Origin: Kiritimatiellia bacterium
Lineage (GTDB): Bacteria > Verrucomicrobiota > Kiritimatiellia > RFP12 > UBA1067
Length of the DNA: 64,000 nucleotides
Assembly: GCA_024405395.1 (NCBI GenBank)
Contig: JAKSOW010000001.1
Location: 6,277-70,276, forward strand
Direction of reading: 5' to 3'
Below the pieces are notes generated by a model, which made no database searches, was not told where the DNA came from, and saw nothing but the letters and a program-made list of their open reading frames with translations. Position 1 is the first letter of the stretch; the number at the start of each line of letters is the position of its first letter. Both the position numbers and the translations under genes were made by a program. This document shows positions 36,401-46,800 of this stretch, one piece after another.

Positions 36401-37756
36401 TCAGAGCTTGACGAAGACGCACGTCACGAAGATCAGCCCGATCAGGATCGGGGCCGCATAGCGCATCAGCACGCGGTAGAGTCCGTAGACGCGGAAGGGG
36501 TGCTCGCCGTCGGCGGTGATTTCGCGGCGAATGAACTCAGTCCCGATCACCCAGCCCACGAAGACGACCGTCAGGAATGCGCAGATCGGCATGAGGATGT
36601 TGTTGGTGACGTAGTCGGCCTTGTCGAGGAATCCCAGCGACCAGGCGCTGGGGATGGCGGCCAGCAGCGTGTAGGCCGCCACGACGAGGGTGCCTTTGCG
36701 GCGGCTCCAGTGCAGGCGGTCGCACACCGAGGCCACGCAGGTCTCGGCAATCGAGATGCAGCTGGTGAGCGCCGCGAAGAGGCAGAGCGCGAAGAACGCA
36801 AGCGCGATGACGCGCGTGCAGGGCATGGCGGCAAACACCTTGGGCAGCGAGACGAACATGAGTCCCGGCCCGGCGGACCGGGCCAGCTCTTCGCCGCCGA
36901 AGGCGAAGGCCGGGGGAATCACGATCACGCCGGCGAGAAACGCCACGAAGGTGTCGCAGATGCCGATGCGCAGGGCGGCCTTGGGGAGATTGGCGCTGCG
37001 GGGCAGGTAGGAGCCGTAGGTGATCATGATGCCCATCGCAAGGGAAAGCGAGAAGAACATCTGGCCCATGGCGGCGAGAATCGTCTTGGCGCACAGGAGC
37101 GGCGAGAAGGATCCGTTCACGCTGAGGCGGCTGAAGTCGGGGATGAAGAAGTACTTCAGGCCTTCGCGGGCGTTGGGCTGAAGGGCGGTGAAGAGGGCGA
37201 TGCCCACCGTCAGGATCAGCAGGGCGGGCATCAGGATCTTGTTGGAACGCTCGATGCCTTTCTTCACGCCCATGAGGATGAACGCGAAGCAGGCCCCGCC
37301 AAAGGCGCAGCAGAAGGAGAAGGCCTGGCCGAAGTCGCCGACGAAGCCCGAGAAGAAGGCGTCGTTGGCCGGATTGTCGGCGGCGGTCTCCGCAAGCGAG
37401 GCGAAGAAGTACTGGGCGAAGTATTTCGTCACCCAGCCGCCGATGACGCTGTAGTAGGGCAGAATGCCGAAGGGCACGAGCGTGCCGAGTATTCCCACAA
37501 TCACCCATTTGCGGTTGAGGGTTCGGAAGGCCTCAACGGGGGAAAGCTTCGTGGCGCGCCCGATGGCGATTTCGGTCATCAGCAGAAACACGCCGAATCC
37601 GAAGAAGAGAATCAGGTAGGCGATGAGGAAGATGCCGCCGCCATAGGTTGCCGCACTGGCGGGGAAACGCCAGAGGTTGCCCAATCCCACGGCCGAGGCC
37701 GCCGCCGCCAGGATGAAGCCAAGTTGCCCAGACCAGTTTTCACGCGTAGAATCCAT
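36401..37756 (-). CDS. sodium-dependent transporter, neurotransmitter:sodium symporter (NSS/SNF) family
   Basis: The hallmark motif GLGNLWRFP is near the N-terminus. About 12 TM helices. Confidence 0.92.
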   Translation of the reverse strand: MDSTRENWSGQLGFILAAAASAVGLGNLWRFPASAATYGGGIFLIAYLILFFGFGVFLLMTEIAIGRATKLSPVEAFRTLNRKWVIVGILGTLVPFGILPYYSVIGGWVTKYFAQYFFASLAETAADNPANDAFFSGFVGDFGQAFSFCCAFGGACFAFILMGVKKGIERSNKILMPALLILTVGIALFTALQPNAREGLKYFFIPDFSRLSVNGSFSPLLCAKTILAAMGQMFFSLSLAMGIMITYGSYLPRSANLPKAALRIGICDTFVAFLAGVIVIPPAFAFGGEELARSAGPGLMFVSLPKVFAAMPCTRVIALAFFALCLFAALTSCISIAETCVASVCDRLHWSRRKGTLVVAAYTLLAAIPSAWSLGFLDKADYVTNNILMPICAFLTVVFVGWVIGTEFIRREITADGEHPFRVYGLYRVLMRYAAPILIGLIFVTCVFVKL

Positions 37757-37853
37757 AGGGGGCGGATTATATCACTAAACAGGGTATCCTGCAAGCGACC
37801 AGACAAAACAATTGCGTCCGCGGTCTGCGATTTGGTATCATTGAAGATGAGAA

Positions 37854-40800
37854 ATGGGAAACTATGGTCTCAAATCCGGTTTGGGTGGCCGCCTTGCGGC
37901 TGCCCTCTGCCTGTTTGCGACGGCGGTGCACGCCGCCTCCGCGACCTTTTCCCATGATGCCAATGCCACGGTGGCCGATTCCCGGCGCCTGACGGAGGCC
38001 ACCACGATTGCCGTCGCCAAGGATGCGCGTGTCGTCTACTCCGGCGTGTTGTCGGGGCCCGGCTCGTTGCGGCTGACGGGTGGTGGCACGCTGGTGCTGA
38101 CGGGCGCCAACACGTTCACGGGCGGCGTCACGGTTGAGGCGGGCTACCTCGTGTGCTCCAACGCCTTGGCCCTGGGCACGGGCACGGCAACCATCATGGG
38201 CCAGCGGGACGACTATTCGGGCCCCTGCGAGATTGGCTTCTGGGGTGTTGGCCCCGGCCGTTCGGATTCGGTGACGTACGCCAATCCGATTCGCGTGACG
38301 GGCTCCTCGACGGCCCTCTATCCGGCGCTCTACTTCTTCGGGCAGAACTGCGTCCTGAACGGCAGCGTCACCGCCGAGCAGGACCTTGTCTTCTACGAAG
38401 ACCACAATGCCGCCAAATCCATCAATAGCGCCAACTGGGACCGTTATCAGCATGTGCTTTCGGCCACCTTCAACGGTCCGGTGACCGCCGCCGGAATGAT
38501 CGGCTATCGCGGCATGACGCGCTGGGCCTTCAACGGCAAGGTCACGACCCCGCTTTTCCACACGGCGCTCACGCGCCCGAAACGTCCGGACGACATTGAC
38601 TCGACTGACGGCAACAACAATGCCCATGGCGCCTTCCTGCTCAATGCGGCCAACGCCATCGGCGAATTCAGGAATGCGCGTTCGCCCGTTTACCTGGGCG
38701 TGGAGAATGCGCTTGCGGGCTCGGTCCTTTCCTGGGAGAAGAACACCTCGCTCTGCACGGTGGGCTTCTTCTACAGTCAGCTTTACGGCGGCAGCTACCG
38801 CAACCAGCGTGTGGCCGGGCTTTCCAGCGTGTCGGCACCCGTGGCGGCCAGCTACGATTGGCGGGTTCATGGCGCCTCTTCGGCGAATCGGTTTGTGCTG
38901 GCGGGCACAGGCGCAGCGGCGGAGACTTTCGCGGCCAGTGCCGCCCTCACGGGATCGATGTCCTTCATTGTGGATGCGAGGCCCGACTACTCGCAGACGC
39001 TTCAAGACCGCCACCACACGTTTTCGGGCACGCTCGCCGTCTCCAACGGAACCCTGAACGTGGAACGTGGTTCGTTCTCCAATGTGACGGCGCTTGTGGT
39101 GGGCGCACACGGCACCCTGCGCCTCGACACGCCGCTCTCGGGCGGGCAGGTCTTCCCCAAGCTGTCTTCGCTGGAGATCGTGAAGGGCGGTGTGCTGGCC
39201 GTGCCCGAAACCATGCTGCTCACCACGAAGACGCTCATTGTGAACGGCACGAAGAAATCGCCCGGTCTCCATTACGCCGAAAGCGTGCCCGGCTTCACGG
39301 GGGCGGCGATAGTCTGCCTCAATGCCGACGGCTCCATGCCGGTGGTGGGCGATCTGACGGGCGCTCAGACGATCCGCGAACCGTTTGCGGCTCTGGGTGA
39401 CCGCATGTGGCGGCTTGCCGCGGGCGAGACGCTCACGTTTGAGGGAACGCTTCGCCGTGTCGAGGGCATGGTCACGGTGGTGAGCCCCAAGAACACCGCC
39501 AATCCGGCACGCGTGGTGCTCAAGGGCACCAACTCGATCGACGGGGCGCTCGTCACCACGGCGGCGGTGCTGCAGGTCTCCGGTCTGCTGGCGAACTCCT
39601 TGCGTCAGGACCAGGGCCAGGCCGCCAATCGCGGCGGGAGTGTGGTCACGGTGGATGGCTATCCGGGGGGCGGCTATCTTTTCGTCTCCAATGCCGTCAT
39701 CGAAAAGCCGGTCTATCTGCATGGCTCGGGCTATGGCATTCTGAGGAGTGCCGCCGCCACCACCACCATCCTGAAGGGCCACGTCGCCTGGCCCACGCCC
39801 TGGCCCGGCTTTACGGCGGCGAAGGATTCGGAGATCGTCTTCGAGGGCGGCTTCACGAGTGGCCACACCCTGCGCACAAACGGACAGGGCACATTCCGTG
39901 TGCGCAATACGCCGGTGACGGCCACGGCGAGCGTGGGCTGGAACATCGGCGGCGGCACCGTGGCGTTGGATGTGTGCGGCAACAAGTTCAGCTATCTGTG
40001 CGCCGGGCACTACAACGGCGACACGGCGGCGATTGTGTGCAACGCCGATCGGGCCTTTGACGTCACCGCGAACGCGGGCCTGGTGAACGGCTGCTGGTGG
40101 AACGATGGCTACAGCGGATTCTCGGTGATGACGTCTGGCTCCGGAATCGTGGACCTGAAGGGCACGGTGCAGCAGGTGAACAAGTACGCGGGCAGCAGCC
40201 GTTCGACCCTGCGGGGCGAGGCGGGCGCCCGGCTGGAGATTCTCCAGCAGACGCCGGACTCGCGGCTCAAGGCCCCCGAGCTCTACTTCGCGTCCGCGAT
40301 CGAAGGCGAGGTGACGGTGGCGATGTACGGCCCCGGCAGACTCGTCCTCACCAACCGCGTATTTGAGACGACGGGCGGATTGGAGGCCACGAACGGCATT
40401 GTGGAGATTGCCCGGGGGGCGCGTTGGCTGGGCACGGGTGACGTGACCTTGCGTGGCTCGGCCAGGCTGGTGCTGCATGAGCGCGACCAGCTGGCCCCCT
40501 CGGTGCATCTGCGGATCGGTGAGGCGGCGAAGATCGAGATTCCCGCCGGCACGTCCCTGACGGTAAAGACCGTGGACGTGTGGGATGGCACGGGCTGGCT
40601 GCCGCTGAAGACGGCCGGCAGCCATGCGGCGGGCGACGGCGGTATGCTTGCGGGATTCATCACGGGCGGCGGCACGCTGAACATTGTTGGCGAAGAGGTC
40701 GCCGCAGGCGTGGCGATGCCGCTGGAGTGGAATGTCACCTATCCGGTGGATGTGCCGTATGAGGTGGAGATCGACACGGCCAAACTTCATGCGCTGGGCG

Positions 40801-43800
40801 GCATTGCCGCCAACACGGGCTTCCGTGTGTTCGCCACCGTGGCGGGCGCCATGCGCGAAGTGGGCGTCAGCTGTCTGGCGGGACGCGTCCCCGGCAGGGT
40901 CGCCCTGCGCTTCTCGGTGCCGGCCGGGACGACGGCCCTGACGTGTCGGGCGGGCGTGGGGCGGCTGGAGCTGCTGGACGCACAGACGGCCGACAATCTC
41001 TTTGCGGGCGTGTTGGCGTCCGCCACGGGATGGGTATGCGACAAGACCGTTTCCTGTGCTGTGCGCACGAATGGTCTGTCCATCGCCTCGACGGGTGCGG
41101 GCAACTATTATGCGAAGTGCAGCGTGCCCGTGCCCGCCGATTGGCGGGGCAAGAGCGTGCGCCTGGAAATCGACGCCACGAGCGAGAGCGTGCTGCCGTG
41201 GGGCGGCTTCATCCGCCTGTGGCAGTATGACGCCAACGGCACGCGCCTGCCCGAGAGTGTCTCCGATGTGCGTTGGACGAGTCACATGCGCCCGCCGGAG
41301 AAGCTCGCCCAATATCGCGAGAATGGCCGCATCCATCCAGACTGTGCCACCGTGGAGGCGCGTTTCGAGGTGCGGGGCACGTCGACGGCCTTTGACCTCT
41401 ATGGTCTGCCGCTGGCGGATGAGGAGGACACGAAGGCCCGCCTGCTGGTTTCGCGTCTGGTGCTGCGGCGGGCGGCGGAATTGCCGTTCCCGAAATATGA
41501 CGACCGCTTCTTCTCCGCGGGCGTCTCGGGGGATGCGGGCGATACGGCGCTTCGCCTGGGCGGCGAAGACCACAACGGCTTCTTCTACGCCACGCACAGC
41601 CAGGCGGTTTGGAGCGAGGGAATGGATTCGCGTGATGAGGCGCAGAATTTCTTCCCGGCGGGAGATGGCACCGTCGAGGCGTGGTTCAGGGCCGATGCCT
41701 GGCCAAGCAAGGAGACGTATCTCTTCCAGGGGTTCCAGGGCTACTCGGCCCAGAAGTCCGCCAATGGGCGAAGCGAACTCTTCTCGTTGCGGTACACGCA
41801 TTCCTCGAAGCGCCTTTACCTTTATATGAAGGATCGGCAGAACACGGTGTTCTCAGCGCAAGCCACACAGGCGCTGCCGGTGGGCGAGTGGGTGCACATC
41901 GCCGCCCAGTGGAGCGTCAACGGCCAGGCCAGGGTCTTCGTGAACGGCAAGGAGGCGCTGGCACGCGACATCACGGGCTTCAGGCCGGTTGACCTCAGTG
42001 CCGAGCAGTATCCCGATGAGGAGATTGTGACGGAGTTCTTCCTTGGCTCGACTTCCGCCTCGGCCCGCAACACCGAAACGGCGGAGAATGCGGGCGCGCC
42101 TTTCTTCCAGGGGGCCGTGGATCAGCTGCGCGTCTCCACGGGCACGCGCTATGCGGGCGCGTTCACGCCGGCCAGACGTCATGTGCCGGATGCCGCCACA
42201 CGTGCGCTCTTCGCGTTCGACCGATCCTACGATGGCGAGTCGGGCGGCGGATGCCGATTCATCCGCGGTTCGATCCGCTCGTTTGCGGACCGTGTGCGGC
42301 ACACGCTTGACCTTGGCGGCAATGAGGTTCCGTACTGGCCCGCCGAGATCCTGCCCGAGAACGACCACCGCCAGGTCCTGAACATCGACAACTATCCCGA
42401 TCTGCCGACGGTGGACGAATTCCTCTCGGCCCGCCGAGCCACAAATGCGGTCTTCGATGTCTCCCCGGGCGCCACGTTCACGTTGAATCTTCCGGGCACG
42501 GTCTACCGCGACTACGTGGAGATCGCGAACACGGGAACATCGCCGCTGCTCTACCCCACGGTCGTCAACGCCGGCGAGATCGATCCCCGCAGCTTTGGCG
42601 ACATCCGCGACACGCTGGGGCTGGCCGAGCTGGATGATCGGGCATGCGCCAACAAGATTTTCCAGTTCGTGCTGGGCGCAAGCGACTACTTCATGAACCA
42701 CAGCGCCTTCTTTGCGCCCGGCACCGACACGCCGGGCGATGTGGAGTACCAGGCACTCATGATGCTCAACGGCTACTGCGGCTTCGAGTGCGGCCCGCTG
42801 AACAGCATGACGAAGAATCTCTTCACCTGTTCGGGCGGGCTGCCCTCTTCGCAGACGGGCGGCTATGGCCACAGCTTCGAGCAGGTGTTCTATGACGGCA
42901 AGAACCACATCTACGATCTGTCGGCCCAGAAGTTCTTTCCCGCGATGGACAACGAGACGGCGGCCTATCTTGAGGAAGCGGGCGATCAGCCGGGCATCTT
43001 CCACCGGATCGGCGGCAATCCCGACCACTTCATCCGCAAGTCCCGCCGTGGTGCCGATGCGTCTTCGCCGTCGTTCAGCGAGAAGGTGGCGATGAGCCTC
43101 AATCCTGGCGAGCGCCTGCGCGTGTGGTTCGACAATGACGGCGAAGGCAACGACCTCCAGTGCAGCAAGAGCTCCGTGCAGAACGATTCCGCCCTCCACA
43201 AGGAGAACTACGACGACCGCTGCCATGCCGTTGCGGGATCGGCCGGCAGCATCTGGCGTGTGCACCGCCACTTCCCGCACTACGGCAATGGATTCCTCGT
43301 GTACGAAGGACCGGTGGATGTGGCGAATCCCGCCTTTGCCGCCTCGACGAAGTCCTCTGCCGTCTATGCGGTGAAGAGCTGCTATCCCATCACCGCGGCC
43401 GAGTACTCGGCCAAGCTGCAGGATGGCACCTATGCGCCAATGCAGCTCTCCACCGACAGGGGCGCAACCTGGCGTGCGCTGCCGGCTGGCAAGGTGCGCT
43501 ATCCCGTGCGTGCGCGCACCGAATACCTTGTGCGGGCGATGGCAGATCCCGCGAAGGTCGTGCGTTTCTCGGCCATCACCGAGGTGCAGGTGAACGTGCG
43601 CATCTTCACGGGCGGCGTGCACGCCGGGGCCAATGCCCTGACCTTCAAGGCCAATGGCGGAGAGGCGGCTCGCGTCACGCTGGGCTGGCGTGAGCCGGCG
43701 AAGCGCCTGGAGATCCGGGGCGGCGTCTATTCGGGCACGATCCCCGGCAGCGAACGGCAGCTCGTGCTGCTTGATCCGGCCAGCACGCTGACGCTTGACG

Positions 43801-46800
43801 TGGCGGGGGCCTCCGAGCAGGCGGTTGTGCGTGCCTATGGCGGACTGTCCGCCACGCTGGCGGATGGGCGGCTCACGCTGGCGGCCGGAACGTTGGCGCG
43901 TGGCTTCGGGGCCGTGGACGTGATCGACGGCGATGCCGTCAAGCAGTTCACCGTGCTGGTGCTGGCGAATGCGCGCCTGGCCACGGCGGCGAATGGCGGG
44001 CTTGTGCCCGCGGGCACGACGCATCTGCTGCAGCCCGATGTGGAGCGCGTGCAGCCCTGCCTCAACTTCACGAACGCGGCTTCGTCGGCCACCGTCGGCT
44101 TTGCCGAATTGCCGGCGGGCAAGTACGCGGTTCTGCCGCTCGACCGTTTTGAAAGCCATCCGGCCGTGGTGGGGAGCGCACCCCTGCTTGTGTCGGTGCC
44201 GGGCATTGCCGGCAGCTTCAAGATGAGCTATGGCGCCAACGGCACCTGCACGTTCCTCAAGGCCCAATACGGCAAGGCGGGCGTCACGAAGCGCGCCAAC
44301 TTCAAGTGGGGACACGTCACCACGACCGAAGGCAACTCCTACTACTCGGGCCAGATGCGCGTGTTCGACGTGCCGCAGGCGTTCTCGTCGTTGGCGGTGT
44401 CGTGCAATGCCACGGTCACGAACGGCGTTGAGCTGGCGGCCGTGCTGGTGGCGCCCTGCGACAGGGCGGGCGAAACCGAAGAGCTCTACTGCGATCTCCT
44501 GAAGGTGCTCTGCGGCTACAACTGTCAGCCGTGGCGCGTGAACGCCGGCACAGAGGCGGCGAAGGGAACGCTGACGCTGCACCCCACCTACGTGAACTGC
44601 AGCGTCGACTTCGAGTACGCCGAGGACATCGCGGGCCTGGCGGTCGAATACCGGGCCGCGGGCGCGAACGCCGCCTGGAGCCGTGCGCCGCGCTTCCCGC
44701 GCTTCACCGACAAGTGCGAGAACCGCGGCTCCATCCTTGATCTTGCCGAGGACACGGCCTACGAGGTGCGGATCGTGACGCCCGGCGGTGCCGTGCTGGC
44801 GCACGACACGTTCCGCACCTGGCGGAGCGACGTGCCGGTGGCGCGCACGGTGACGATCGACCCCGCCACCAGCTCGGTGCCGATCACGATCTCCGCCCGT
44901 GGCACGGAAGACGGTTGGATCCGCTATGTGCTCAAGCCCGGCAGCGTGCTCACGAACAGGACGGTCTCGGTTGGCGGCAGTTCGGCGGCGGTGACGTTTG
45001 ACGTGACGGGCGCAAGGAACGTGCTTCTCGACGACATGCGGCTGGTGGGCGGCGCACGCTACGTCATCCGCGTCACGAATTCGCAGGGCGTGCGGATCCG
45101 CAACTGTGACCTCTCCGGCTGGGGACGCGTGGGCGTGCCGCGATATGATCTGCCGGAAGGCGGAAAGTTCTACTACGACTACAACGGCACGACCAAGGCA
45201 ATCAACGGCGACCCGGCCATCTACATCGGATCGGGCGCGTCTGCGGTCACGGTGGAGCGCTGCTATGTGCACGATCCCCGTGGGCACGCCAACAGCTGGT
45301 ACTACTCGCATCCGGCCGGTCCGCAGGCGGTGATGATGTTCCGCCCCGACCATTCCGTCGTCTTGCGCTGGAACGACTTCTGCGGCGGCGATTGGCACCG
45401 CTACAACGACGTCGTTGAGGGGGATGGAAACTTCTTCGCCAACGGCGGCTTCAACCGCGATGCCGACGTCTACGGCAACTACATGGCCTTCTCGCAGGAC
45501 GATGCGATTGAGCTCGACGGCGGACAGCGGAATGTGCGCTGCTTCGACAATCGCTTCGAGTACAACTACTGCGGCGTCTCCGTGCAGGGCTGCATGACGA
45601 GCCCCTCCTACGTCTACCGCAATCTGTTCTCCGGGATGTGCGACGTCTTTTCGCTGAAGGGCCAGACCCTGAAGACCTCCACCAACACCTCGGGCGTGGA
45701 CGCCGTCACCTACGTGTGGGACAATTTCATGTGGGGCGGCGGATCGGGCACGTCCTTCCCCAATGCGAGCAAGTACGACTGGACACTTGAGGTGACGGGC
45801 AATGTGCTTTGCGCCAACCAGAAGATCTCCAACTTCGGGATTGCGACCGCCCGCAGCGTGAATGAAGGCAATGTTGAGGGTGCCCAGGTCAACGAAGGCC
45901 AGCTCGACGCCTCCTTCCCCAGGCGCAGTCTGCCGTTCGTCCTTGACCGTGCGCGCCTCACGGGACCGCGGGTGGTGGGCGGCAAGGCGGGGGCGTCGCG
46001 GCCCCTCGGGTCCGTTGACGTCGGGGCGGCGGTGTTCCGGTGGGAGGGCGCGAATGGCGTGACGTCGCACTGGCCGTTTGTCTGCACCGCCCCCGTCGCG
46101 ATTTCCACCAACGCCGTCTGCACCTACGATCTGCGGCGGGATCTCGTCTTTGCCGCCGATGTCTCCTCTGGGCCGTTGCCGTTCGTCAAGACGGGCCCGG
46201 GCGCCATGGTGCTCGCCGGCGACACGGATGGCACGGCCTTCAGCTTCGGCACTTCCCAGACGGGCAATGGCTATCCGGCGTTGCCGGGCTATGCGACGCG
46301 CTTCTTCCTGCCCGCGGACGGCTCCATGCCCACCACGGGCTTCGCCGGGATCTTCTCGCTGATGGACGGGCGGTTCGTCGTGAACCGCGGGCGCATGACG
46401 GTGAAGCAGACGAGTTCGCGGGCGTTCATCGGCGGCTGGACGGCCGATGCCGGCGAGACGGAGAAGGATGTGGCCTTTGAGGTGAATGGCGGCAGGGTGG
46501 ACTTCAACACCATCGTCTACCTCGGCCATCGCCACGGCCTGCTCAACTTCAATACGCCGAATGGTCCGGCGAAGGCCTGCCTCAACGTCAACGGCGGAAC
46601 GTTCTTCATGGGTTCGTCGAAGAGTTTTGTCATGGGCAGCTATGACGTCCCCTCGGGGCGTGTGCTCAACAGCGACCTTCGGCTAAACGTGGGCCGGGAT
46701 GGCGAGTTCGCCATGTCGCCGCAGTACTATGCGCCGTTCAGCGTTCCGCAGCGTCGTGGACAGGCCGCCGCCATCACCGTGAACGGCGGTCGTTTCCGCA